A stretch of 64,000 bases of DNA from Candidatus Peribacteria bacterium. Lineage in GTDB: Bacteria > Patescibacteriota > Gracilibacteria > UBA1369 > UBA12463. The number at the start of each line of letters is the position of its first letter. Within the stretch, counting starts at the first letter, position 1. The position numbers were made by a program, and so were the translations under genes. Location: NCBI GenBank assembly GCA_943354965.1, contig CALRDN010000002.1, positions 38,029 through 102,028 of the forward strand. Direction: 5' to 3'. Below are positions 1 to 9,033 of this stretch, one piece after another. The notes beneath the pieces are model-generated. The model was given only the letters and a program-made list of their open reading frames with translations. It searched no databases and was not told the origin of the DNA.

Positions 1-1352
1 CTCCCCTGTCCTCCTATATTATCGGAATCGCTACGGGAAAATATATCCTCGAACATTTTGGAACAAAAGTACTTGTAGGAAGAGATAACCGACTCACGGG
101 AGAATCGCTACAGAAAGCCTTTATTCATGGCCTCGAAGAAGCAGGCTGCGCAGTCACAAATGCCGGACTCTGCACCTCCCCCATGATGTATTGGGGTACA
201 TGCGCGCTACCATTTGATGCGGGTGTAAATATCACCGCAAGCCATAATCCAAAAGAATATAACGGCATCAAGATCGTAGGCAAGGGCGCACACTCAGTCT
301 GCGGCGACGAACTGCAAAAAATTCTCGCAACTTCACAGGAGATTTATGAAGAAAAAGTATCAGCGGCAAGTGCGAAAAACATCTACACCGAGCCATCCAC
401 CACCATAGAAGAAAAACCAATCGCCTCGGAATATATTGAAGATCTCCTTCACCGAGCACAACTTAGCCGCCCACTGAAAATCGTCATCGATGCTGGAAAT
501 GCCACAGCTGGAGCCTTTGCTCCGGAGCTTTTTAGGAAATTTGGCTGCGAAGTAGTAGAGCTCTTCTGCGACCTCGACGGCAATTATCCAAATCACGAAG
601 CCAATCCAGAGGAGGCAAAAAATATGAAAGACCTCGCGCAGAAAGTAATTGAAACCAAATCCGATCTCGGCATAGCGTTCGATGGAGACGGCGACCGTAC
701 GGGAATTGTTGATGAAAAAGGACGTCACCATTCAGCCGATTATCTCCTCCTTCTTCTCGCAAAAGACTTACTCAAGCGCATGCCCGAATCACAAATCGTC
801 TTCGATGTAAAAGTTTCACAACTATTAATTAGCGGCATCAGAGAGGCAAAAGGCATACCTGTTATGAGCAAAACCGGACACTCGTTTATCGAATCAAAAA
901 TGAAAGAACTTCAGGCGCCACTTGGTGGAGAAATATCCGGACACTTCTTTTTCGCAGAAAATTATTACGGATTCGACGACGCTTTCGTCGCAGCGCTGAG
1001 ACTTATTTCTATCTTCTCCCAATCAGACAAACCCGTCTCGCAATACTTCGACGAACTTCCAAAAATGTCTACGACTCCCGAGTTCAAACTCCACTGCCCC
1101 GATGATAAAAAATTTGAAATCGTTCAAAAAATCACCGATCATTTCACGCCTCTCTACCCATGCATCACACTCGATGGTGTACGCGTAAACTTCGACACGA
1201 GCTCATGGGGAGCTATCAGATGCTCTAACACAAGCCCAAATCTCACAGCACGACTCGAAGCCCCAAGCGATGAACGACTCACCGCCATCAAAAATATCTT
1301 CATCGAAGAGCTCAAAAAATATCCGGAAATCGACCTCACCAACATTCAATAG
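1..1352 (+). CDS. phosphomannomutase/phosphoglucomutase (alpha-D-phosphohexomutase family), 5' end outside window
   Basis: Frame 3 is open from base 3 (..VLVGRDNRLTGESLQKAF..CTSPMMYW) and runs into listed ORF 183..1352. Motifs seen: active-site loop GVNITASHNPKEYNGIK, metal loop FDGDGDR, sugar loop GGEISGH. Confidence 0.85.
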   Translation, partial: PLSSYIIGIATGKYILEHFGTKVLVGRDNRLTGESLQKAFIHGLEEAGCAVTNAGLCTSPMMYWGTCALPFDAGVNITASHNPKEYNGIKIVGKGAHSVCGDELQKILATSQEIYEEKVSAASAKNIYTEPSTTIEEKPIASEYIEDLLHRAQLSRPLKIVIDAGNATAGAFAPELFRKFGCEVVELFCDLDGNYPNHEANPEEAKNMKDLAQKVIETKSDLGIAFDGDGDRTGIVDEKGRHHSADYLLLLLAKDLLKRMPESQIVFDVKVSQLLISGIREAKGIPVMSKTGHSFIESKMKELQAPLGGEISGHFFFAENYYGFDDAFVAALRLISIFSQSDKPVSQYFDELPKMSTTPEFKLHCPDDKKFEIVQKITDHFTPLYPCITLDGVRVNFDTSSWGAIRCSNTSPNLTARLEAPSDERLTAIKNIFIEELKKYPEIDLTNIQ

Positions 1353-1357
1353 TCCAC

Positions 1358-2971
1358 ATGCAACTTATCAAGACCCATAAATACTGGCGCCTTCTGGAAA
1401 TTCTCCCGGGATTACTCACCTGGACGGCAATTCTTCTCCCCGTCTTTCTTTCAATGTACAAACCCGAACTCGTATCTATCTTCGTCATCGTCTATACCAC
1501 CTTCTGGTTATTTCGATCGTTCAGATTATCAATAGATCTCATTAGAGGCTACAGAAAGACAAAAATCGCTATGGACACCGACTGGAATGAACTCCTGGAT
1601 TACGTAGAAAATCCACAGCATCTCGACACAGCCATCCAAAATCTCTCCACCAGAAGAACCGCAGAAAATCGAAAACTTGAAAACGTCTACCGCAACGTTG
1701 CACAAGAAATGAATCACCTCAAAACCATAAACCAATACAAAAAACCGTCAGAAATTCTGCATGCGATTCTCTTCGTTACCTACAAAGAACCCCTCGCCAT
1801 CGTCAAACAATCCATTAAATCCTACGCCGAAAGTGTCTACTCTTCACAAAACATGATTCTCGTTTTCTCAGGAGAAGAAAGCGATAAAACGAACGCCGAA
1901 CAGTACGCAAAAGAAATCACAAAAGAATTCAGCCACCACTTCAAAAAAATAATTACCACTATTCATCCAAAAGGCCTACCTGGAGAAATTCCCGGAAAAT
2001 CCGCCAATGCCACCTGGGCCGCCAAAACGCTTCTCGCCTATATTGATGCGGAGAAAATCCCCTACGAAAACGTCATCCTCTCCAATTTCGATGCCGATAC
2101 CGTCGTCGACAAACAGTACTTCTCGGAACTCACCTTCCGTTATCTGCTCGAAGAAAACCGAGGTATCAAAACCTACCAACCTACTCACTTCTACCACAAC
2201 AACATCTGGGAGGTCCCTATGGTTATTCGCATGCTCTCACTCTCTTCCACTTTTGTACGACTCGCAGAATCCATGGACACCGCGCACTACAAGAGCTTCT
2301 CTTCCAGATCCATGGGCCTCCAGAGCGCCGTAGATTCCGATTTCTGGGATGTAGGCATTATTCCGGAAGACTCACGCCAGTACTGGACCTCATACACGCG
2401 CTACGACGGTCACAACGAACTCGTACAGGTCTACACACCCATATACATGGATGCCGTTCAATCCGAGACCTTCTGGTCCACCTGCAAGGATCAGTACAAA
2501 CAACTTCGCCGCTGGTCATGGGGTGTCACTGATTTCCCCTTCGTCGTCCTCAATCTCCTAAACAACAAAAACATTCCATTCTTCAAACGTTGGCACGCTA
2601 TTTTTTCTCTCCTTCTTGATCACTTCTACTGGGCCACTACCCCAATTCTTCTCACATTCACCGGCTGGCTCCCACAACTCCTCAACAACGACTACCGCGA
2701 CTCCGTTCTCTCCTACAACGTCCCACGTCTCGCCGCAGGCATGCTCAATATCGCCGCTGTCGGTATTCTCGTCTCTGCCATTATCACTATACAAATTCTT
2801 CCAAAACGCACCGATATCGGCATATGGAAGCGCTGCTCTCTCATCGTTCAATGGATATTTGTCCCTCTCACCAGTATCTTCCTCGTCTCTATCCCCGCCA
2901 TCGAATCCCAAACTCGACTCATCCTCAATAAGCGTCTCGACTATCAAGTCACTCCAAAAGTGCGTACCTAA
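1358..2971 (+). CDS. membrane-bound family-2 glycosyltransferase (processive, cellulose/chitin-synthase-like)
   Basis: N- and C-terminal hydrophobic segments. Motifs seen: DxD-like SNFDADT and a Q-x-x-R-W motif (QLRRWSWG). The start lies 6 nt after the upstream stop. Confidence 0.55.
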   Translation: MQLIKTHKYWRLLEILPGLLTWTAILLPVFLSMYKPELVSIFVIVYTTFWLFRSFRLSIDLIRGYRKTKIAMDTDWNELLDYVENPQHLDTAIQNLSTRRTAENRKLENVYRNVAQEMNHLKTINQYKKPSEILHAILFVTYKEPLAIVKQSIKSYAESVYSSQNMILVFSGEESDKTNAEQYAKEITKEFSHHFKKIITTIHPKGLPGEIPGKSANATWAAKTLLAYIDAEKIPYENVILSNFDADTVVDKQYFSELTFRYLLEENRGIKTYQPTHFYHNNIWEVPMVIRMLSLSSTFVRLAESMDTAHYKSFSSRSMGLQSAVDSDFWDVGIIPEDSRQYWTSYTRYDGHNELVQVYTPIYMDAVQSETFWSTCKDQYKQLRRWSWGVTDFPFVVLNLLNNKNIPFFKRWHAIFSLLLDHFYWATTPILLTFTGWLPQLLNNDYRDSVLSYNVPRLAAGMLNIAAVGILVSAIITIQILPKRTDIGIWKRCSLIVQWIFVPLTSIFLVSIPAIESQTRLILNKRLDYQVTPKVRT

Positions 2972-2978
2972 ATCCATA

Positions 2979-4733
2979 CTATCTCGTCTGTCTATAAGAA
3001 TTCCCCAAGATGCCTTCAAATCCACCGAGGGTACTTGATGGTGGCTCAAACTGGAGAATAACGCCTTCTGATAAACTAACCGAACCAGTATTTGCCCCGG
3101 AAACTTTCTTGAACTTCTCTGGATCCGGAAGCTTAAGTGCCTTCAAACTCTTAGCCTCATCAACAGAAAGCGGTGGCTTTTTAAGAGCAAAATTTTTCTT
3201 ATTTGGATCGGAAGCAGATTGCTGTGAAAGGTTCACGGTATTATCGTTAGCATTCTTCACCGTGATATCTAAATCTCCTTGCACCGCCTTGAAATAATTA
3301 GCCCAACCGAGTGCCTTCGTCGGATTCAACGGATTTGCAGGCACACTTCTCAGCGCTGACAAATCGGAAGAAACCACATCCGTACCAACTTTGTACGAAC
3401 CTGTATTCCCGGCAACGATCATTCCCTTGATATATAATTGTCCAAACAGCGTATCGGTAGCGCTAATAGCGTAATCCGAGAGAGATTCCGCGATACCTCC
3501 ATCCTTTTTTGCTGGAAGAACCAGTCCATCAGCATACATCTGCACGCGCATTTCACGTACATTAGGATAGACAAGAATATTACCCTTGAGCTTACTGGCT
3601 ATATTACTTCTCAAAGAAATAATACCAAACTGACCTGATGTAGAATATAAATTACCCTCAATATGAACATCACCATCTACGACAATAATAGTTTTATTAC
3701 CCTTCCAATTATTAGCCGTACCATCTAAATGCACACCACCCGTACAATAAAAAACCTCATCAGTAGTAGTAAACTTCGTCAAATAACCACCATTAACACC
3801 ACAACTCGTTGAAGCCACCTTTTTCCATTTCGCAACATTACGATAAATAAGATTACGAACATCTGCCTGCGTCACGGGATTTAATGCCTTTGCACCAGAT
3901 GCATCCACATTAGCACTACCCAGATAACGAATAGTATTCCACGTTACCGGAAAATCATCTCCGGGATTTACCTGACCAGGCTTAAATTTGATTTTCGCAG
4001 GATCAGGCAAAACAGGATCCACAATCTCATCCGGTACAAAATCCTTCTCCCTCAAGCACACATCTGGATCTTTCATCGGATCCAAACAGGCATCAACAAG
4101 CGTAATCCATGGAACCTTGATACTATCCATCGCTATCCATCCAACGGTATCGGACCATGCATAAGTATAGGGAAACCATGTTCGATAATTAGCAGCAGCA
4201 CCAAAATCAACCTTCACCTTGAACGCACTTTGCGCGCAAATATCCACATCATTATAGCCAGGAGTCGCTTTACAGGTCATTCGTATCCATCCCACGGGAC
4301 TCCATGCATATCCGGAAAGATTTCCAAAAATATCGATACTCACTCCATACTTCACAAAACCGCAGGGAATACCACGATTAGGACCACCATCCCCAGGGCA
4401 ATACAAACTAATCCATCCAAGATTATCATTCCAATACCATCCCTTCAGATACACCGTATCAGCAACTTTCTGAGCACAAGCAGCCATGGCAGCTGGCGGC
4501 AAATAAACAGGAAGATTATTCTGACTCGGCATAGCCCCATCGAAATAATTCTGTCCACTATTATCTCTCACATGCTGAAAACCCTTATCATCCTTCACGA
4601 TCGACGTAACTACCGTCGTGTCCCCTCCTAACTTCTGACAATCATCCACGGCGGCATCAGCAACATGAGGGACTCCTCCGATGAGAACAAGAGACAGGAA
4701 GAAAAAGAATAGGTGTTTTTGTATTTGTTTCAC
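2979..4733 (-). CDS. secreted hypothetical protein with three GWI-type aromatic repeats
   Basis: Listed ORF 2979..4841 overlaps the upstream gene. An internal GTG at 4733 gives VKQIQKHLFFFFLSLVLIGGVPHVADA, a signal-peptide-like N-terminus. A TGgTATAAT box lies 6 nt upstream. Repeats: GWYWNDNLGWISL, GYAWSPVGWIRM, TYAWSDTVGWIAM. Confidence 0.6.
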   Translation of the reverse strand: MKQIQKHLFFFFLSLVLIGGVPHVADAAVDDCQKLGGDTTVVTSIVKDDKGFQHVRDNSGQNYFDGAMPSQNNLPVYLPPAAMAACAQKVADTVYLKGWYWNDNLGWISLYCPGDGGPNRGIPCGFVKYGVSIDIFGNLSGYAWSPVGWIRMTCKATPGYNDVDICAQSAFKVKVDFGAAANYRTWFPYTYAWSDTVGWIAMDSIKVPWITLVDACLDPMKDPDVCLREKDFVPDEIVDPVLPDPAKIKFKPGQVNPGDDFPVTWNTIRYLGSANVDASGAKALNPVTQADVRNLIYRNVAKWKKVASTSCGVNGGYLTKFTTTDEVFYCTGGVHLDGTANNWKGNKTIIVVDGDVHIEGNLYSTSGQFGIISLRSNIASKLKGNILVYPNVREMRVQMYADGLVLPAKKDGGIAESLSDYAISATDTLFGQLYIKGMIVAGNTGSYKVGTDVVSSDLSALRSVPANPLNPTKALGWANYFKAVQGDLDITVKNANDNTVNLSQQSASDPNKKNFALKKPPLSVDEAKSLKALKLPDPEKFKKVSGANTGSVSLSEGVILQFEPPSSTLGGFEGILGNSYRQTR

Positions 4734-4804
4734 GAAGTTATTATACCATAATAAATAGAATTGAGCAATGGCACTCATAATAAGAAATATAGTACATTCT
4801 AAAG

Positions 4805-5968
4805 CTAGAAATTGCTCCTCTTGAGAGGCAGTGAGCAACATCGGAAGCTTCCCCCATTAATAGGGGCCTGATCAAACTTCAACTCGATAACCTCTATTCC
4901 CGCCTTCCTCATCTCTTCGTTCAGGCGCACAGAACTAGAACGAGAAAGAACTTTCGTAGGAGAAAGAGAAAGAACATTCGTTTCCAAATTTTCCTGCTCC
5001 TCACGATTCACAATGATCCAAATATAATTATTGCGTATCGATTGTGGAATATTTCTCATTGCATCAGGATAAATTAATGCGTATCCCTCGCCAACCGGCA
5101 TAAACGTACAATCAAGATGAAGAGAATCTTCTCCTTCGTATGGCTGCTTGATATAAATCGGTTCAACTTTGAGCCCGCTATCTTTCAGTGCCTCGCACAT
5201 GAAATCAACAGCCTTACCCTCAGTGCGCTGCCCTACGCCAATATATACCACACCCCTATCCACAATTACATCCCCTCCCTCAATAGTCATTCCTTCTGGA
5301 ATATGTATAACATTTTCAGGAGAAAAACCCGCGATGGTGTGTTGGATACCGGCTACTTCCGGCTTGCGTGCTGCCTTCGCCATACCGGAAACAAAAAAAG
5401 TTTTTCCAATAACAAATCCAATATCTCGAGTATAAATCTGCTCCTGTACATCCACGTAATTTGGCATTAAAACATTAACCCCATTCGCCTCGAGAACGCG
5501 CTTAAAATCAACAAATTCAGCCACTGTCTCGTTGGGAGTTGGCATCAATCCATTGTTTAAATTTTTCTCCTGAGTTGCATTAATAATCTCACGATGCCCA
5601 CCAAGCATCATGTTATCCGGAAAACCAATAATAACAGATTCTAGTTTCCCCGTTTCACTGAGACACTCTATATCTGGGACGATATTCTCTGCGTCACTCT
5701 TTGTATCCAGTACAGAATGCACGCGCCGAGCCATCTCCAAACGTATAAATGAAACAGCGTGATTGCGTATGACCTCAACTATATGGGAACGAATAGCACT
5801 CATACCCGGAAAAGAAGAGGGCGAAAGACCCTTGAGAACAGGAGCTGACGCGGGAGTAGCGGAAACATAATGCGATTGTTGATGAGGCCTTTCTCCTGTT
5901 ACAGCGGGAGTGCCCGTTTCTTTTGGAACAAAAGAAACGGAAGAAAAGGTGTCAACGTCATCGCGCAT
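4805..5968 (-). CDS. guanidino-group-modifying enzyme superfamily protein (amidinotransferase / DDAH / arginine-deiminase-like)
   Basis: Motifs seen: YTRD, EGGDV, GxGQRT, LHLDCTF and a C-terminal GGSFRCCSLPL with the putative catalytic Cys. The first ATG is at 5968; the ORF-track start at 5974 is GTG. The N-terminal ~100 aa are low complexity, so the start is uncertain. Confidence 0.6.
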   Translation of the reverse strand: MRDDVDTFSSVSFVPKETGTPAVTGERPHQQSHYVSATPASAPVLKGLSPSSFPGMSAIRSHIVEVIRNHAVSFIRLEMARRVHSVLDTKSDAENIVPDIECLSETGKLESVIIGFPDNMMLGGHREIINATQEKNLNNGLMPTPNETVAEFVDFKRVLEANGVNVLMPNYVDVQEQIYTRDIGFVIGKTFFVSGMAKAARKPEVAGIQHTIAGFSPENVIHIPEGMTIEGGDVIVDRGVVYIGVGQRTEGKAVDFMCEALKDSGLKVEPIYIKQPYEGEDSLHLDCTFMPVGEGYALIYPDAMRNIPQSIRNNYIWIIVNREEQENLETNVLSLSPTKVLSRSSSVRLNEEMRKAGIEVIELKFDQAPINGGSFRCCSLPLKRSNF

Positions 5969-6004
5969 AAGCACTGGTGTTAAAGAATATTTTTTTATAT
6001 ACCG

Positions 6005-6913
6005 TTAGGATCGCGGGAAGTCTCTACCACGCGCTGCAAGAGTTATCGTGGGGACATCAACCTTCAAGCCGAAACTTTCAGCCCACTGCATGAAAGATTC
6101 GATATCAAAAGCCTTGCAACTAAAAATATCAAAAAGGAAAGTACCGGAATCATCGACATGAATAGTAATGTGAGACTCAGCAATAACCGCCATTCCATCC
6201 CTATAGGTTAGACCCTCGGGTGTCGTTGAGCGAATAACTCGAGGTGGCGCAATAGGTGTCATACCAATTGCTTTCGGAATTTTTTCCAAAAAATCATACA
6301 TCCAGTCTAAACTCATTTGATCAGGAGATAACTGTCCACCAAATGTTAAATGTGGACCAAACGCAGATGGAATTTCCGCAGGATCATCAACAGGATTTGT
6401 TCCGCGAAGAAAAATCTCATCCCTTTTTATTTCAAATGTTGAGCGCATAGCTCGTTGAATGGCTTCAGCGGGGTTAGCAATTTCCTTACCAATTACGGCA
6501 AAATCCACAAATACCGTACCTTTTTTATCAAAGGTGTGAACGGTAAAATGCCCCTGAGGATAAACAAAAAGAGCGCTTACGCCACTATCTTCCGGAACAA
6601 GGCCCTTGAAATATGGAATCACATGAAGCGCTTCCTTGCCCCCTATTCCAAGCCCTTTTGCCAATGTATAGCATAAATTATAAACACCCTCTACGTCAGC
6701 CAATTTATTCGGATCTCCTTCATAGCCGTCATACATCACATGTATAATTTCCGCTTTCACCGTTGCAGCAACTCCTACTATCACCATCCGAGCAGCATGC
6801 CATTCAGGAGTATCGACATCATCACCGAGAAATGGCTCAGCAGGAAAACCTTCCTGAGAAGAAGGAGGAGAAATATTTTTATCAAAAATTGCATCAGAGA
6901 TATGAGTAGTCAT
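6005..6913 (-). CDS. tandem-duplicated pyruvoyl-type S-adenosylmethionine decarboxylase-like protein (SpeH/SpeD family)
   Basis: The C-terminal half has GMAVIAESHITIHVDDSGTFLFDIFSCKAFD, matching the AdoMetDC self-cleavage ES|H site and the FxC motif. The N-terminal half has the paralogous GVSALFVYPQGHFTVHTFDKKGTVFVDF but lacks the Glu-Ser. Confidence 0.6.
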   Translation of the reverse strand: MTTHISDAIFDKNISPPSSQEGFPAEPFLGDDVDTPEWHAARMVIVGVAATVKAEIIHVMYDGYEGDPNKLADVEGVYNLCYTLAKGLGIGGKEALHVIPYFKGLVPEDSGVSALFVYPQGHFTVHTFDKKGTVFVDFAVIGKEIANPAEAIQRAMRSTFEIKRDEIFLRGTNPVDDPAEIPSAFGPHLTFGGQLSPDQMSLDWMYDFLEKIPKAIGMTPIAPPRVIRSTTPEGLTYRDGMAVIAESHITIHVDDSGTFLFDIFSCKAFDIESFMQWAESFGLKVDVPTITLAARGRDFPRS

Positions 6914-6919
6914 AAAAGA

Positions 6920-6949
6920 ACTATACTCACCCTTTAAAAATTACGTCAA
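6920..6949 (-). promoter_or_regulatory. sigma70-like promoter: TTGACG-N18-TATAGT, with the -10 ending 6 nt before the ATG at 6913
   Basis: The reverse complement of 6914..6949 reads TTGACGtaatttttaaagggtgagTATAGTtctttt, then ATG. Confidence 0.5.
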
Positions 6950-7036
6950 ATATTTCGACGATAATTCACACTATAATAAATAAAATTGACAGGATAAAAA
7001 TTACCATGATACGTTGGCACCTAATCCAACATACCT

Positions 7037-9013
7037 ATGGAACAAACGAACTATAGTATTACAGACCTACTCGCCTCCGCTGTCGAGACAGCCACCGGCA
7101 AGCGACCTAATATTTTACGTGCCAATATTGCCACGGCGGATTATGGATTTAATGCTTTTCAACTCAGAGAAGGTAATCAACATATCGATTCCGTTATTGC
7201 CGATGCCCGCGCCAGAATCGTCAAAACTCTTCCACAAGGCATAACCGTTTCCTCTGCAGGAACTTTCATAAATTTCAATGTTTCAAATGAACTCCTCTCG
7301 CAAACAGCGGGGAATATAGCAGAAAATCCTAGCGGTGGAATCACACCGGCCCATGACAAAACCATGGTAGAATATTTCTCACCAAATACCAATAAACCGG
7401 CTCACTTAGGCCATCTTCGCAATCTCACTCTAGGAAAAAGTCTCTCCGCAACTCTCGCCTTTCTCGGACATGACGTCCTCCAAGCCAATCTCACAAACGA
7501 CCGCGGAGCACACATTTGCAAGTCCATGCTCGACTACCAAATGTTTGGAGAAGGATCAACCCCGGAGTCGACAGGAATCAAGGGCGACCATTTCGTCGGA
7601 GATTATTATGTAAAATACGAAAAAGCCCTTCAGAAAGAAATTGCTCCAATCGTAGCCGAGCTCAGAAAAAAGCCGGAAAACGCCGCCAAGCTAGCGAGAA
7701 AAGCTGAGTTGGAAAAAGAGCTCAAGCCAATTATAGAAAGAGAGAAAGCGCAACAAGAAGCAGATAAATTAGCAAAAAAAACAACAAAAGACACGAGAGC
7801 TCCGGAAGAAAAAATGAAAATAAAAGAGTTAAAAAAAGAGTTAGAAAAATTAGGAAAAATAGATGAAGAAATAAAAGATGAGGCGAAAAAAGAATCCTCG
7901 CTCGACAAGCAAGTAAGCGCGATGCTCCTGAAATGGGAGGCGGAAGATCCTGAGATACGAGCCCTCTGGGAGCAGATGAACGGATGGGTACTGGGTGGAT
8001 TCCGAGAAACACTCGACAGGATGAACGTCCACTTTGATGTGGAATATTTTGAATCTCAAATATACAACATGGGCAGAGACATCGTCATGGATGGACTTGA
8101 AAAAGGCATTTTCGAGCGTGACCCAAGTGGAGCCGTTATAGCAGATTTACAAAAACTCGGAATTCAAAAAAATGAAGGTAAAAAAGTACTTCTCCGATCA
8201 GACGGAACCACAGTATACACCACGCAGGACCTCGCCATCGCAAAAATGAAAATGGAAGATCATAAACTCAACAACAGTTTCTATGTGGTAGCAGGTGAAC
8301 AAGATGATCACTTCCGTGCACTTTTTGGCATTTTGAAAGCGCTCGGTTATGAATGGGTCGATAAACTCAAACACTTGTCCTATGGCATGGTAGAACTTCC
8401 TGAGGGGCAAATGAAATCACGCGAAGGTACGGTCGTGGATGTTGATGATTTACTCAATGAACTACGCGATAAGGTAAAAGTTATCGCCGCAGGAAAAGGA
8501 AATGAAACCATGAGTGACGAAGACGCCGACAAGATCGGAAAGGCTGCAGCACAATATTATCTCCTCTCAGTACGACCGGAATCAGGTATGAAATTCGACC
8601 CAAAAGAATCCGTAAACTTCGAAGGAAAAACCGGTCCATATATCCTGTATCAATACGTACGAACAGGAAAAATTCTTGAGCAGGCAGATCTCTTGGAAAC
8701 AGCCCAAACAAAAACCCCAGTAGACTTCAACCTTCTTCAGGAGCCAATCGAACACGAGTTACTTCTAAAAATAGTAGAGTTCACCGAAAAAATGCGTGCC
8801 GTTCAGAAAACGATGGATCAAACCCTCATAGCCACCTACGTCTACGAACTCGCACAAACCTTCTCTAACTTCTACTCGAAGTGTCCGGTCCTAAAGGGTG
8901 ACAAAACCCCTCCAGAGCTCTCCCAGGCCCGTCTGAAGCTCGTAGAATACACGCACACACTGATCAAGCAGTCTCTCGACCTCCTCGCAATTGAGACGGT
9001 AGACAAGATGTAG
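7037..9013 (+). CDS. argS: arginyl-tRNA synthetase with a Lys/Glu-rich insertion
   Basis: HIGH motif PAHLGHLRN, MKSR (KMSKS-like) in GQMKSREGTV, and a DALR-type anticodon-binding C-terminus. A ~100-aa K/E-rich stretch lies at roughly aa 195-300. Confidence 0.9.
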   Translation: MEQTNYSITDLLASAVETATGKRPNILRANIATADYGFNAFQLREGNQHIDSVIADARARIVKTLPQGITVSSAGTFINFNVSNELLSQTAGNIAENPSGGITPAHDKTMVEYFSPNTNKPAHLGHLRNLTLGKSLSATLAFLGHDVLQANLTNDRGAHICKSMLDYQMFGEGSTPESTGIKGDHFVGDYYVKYEKALQKEIAPIVAELRKKPENAAKLARKAELEKELKPIIEREKAQQEADKLAKKTTKDTRAPEEKMKIKELKKELEKLGKIDEEIKDEAKKESSLDKQVSAMLLKWEAEDPEIRALWEQMNGWVLGGFRETLDRMNVHFDVEYFESQIYNMGRDIVMDGLEKGIFERDPSGAVIADLQKLGIQKNEGKKVLLRSDGTTVYTTQDLAIAKMKMEDHKLNNSFYVVAGEQDDHFRALFGILKALGYEWVDKLKHLSYGMVELPEGQMKSREGTVVDVDDLLNELRDKVKVIAAGKGNETMSDEDADKIGKAAAQYYLLSVRPESGMKFDPKESVNFEGKTGPYILYQYVRTGKILEQADLLETAQTKTPVDFNLLQEPIEHELLLKIVEFTEKMRAVQKTMDQTLIATYVYELAQTFSNFYSKCPVLKGDKTPPELSQARLKLVEYTHTLIKQSLDLLAIETVDKM

Positions 9014-9033
9014 GAAAAATATCGGTAAACCAA

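Noticed and set aside
7630-8012. Two antisense ORFs (92 and 93 aa) rich in Ser/Phe/Leu
   Set aside because: They are the reverse-strand reading of the GAA/AAA-rich (Lys/Glu) insertion of argS, so they are artefacts of low-complexity sequence.
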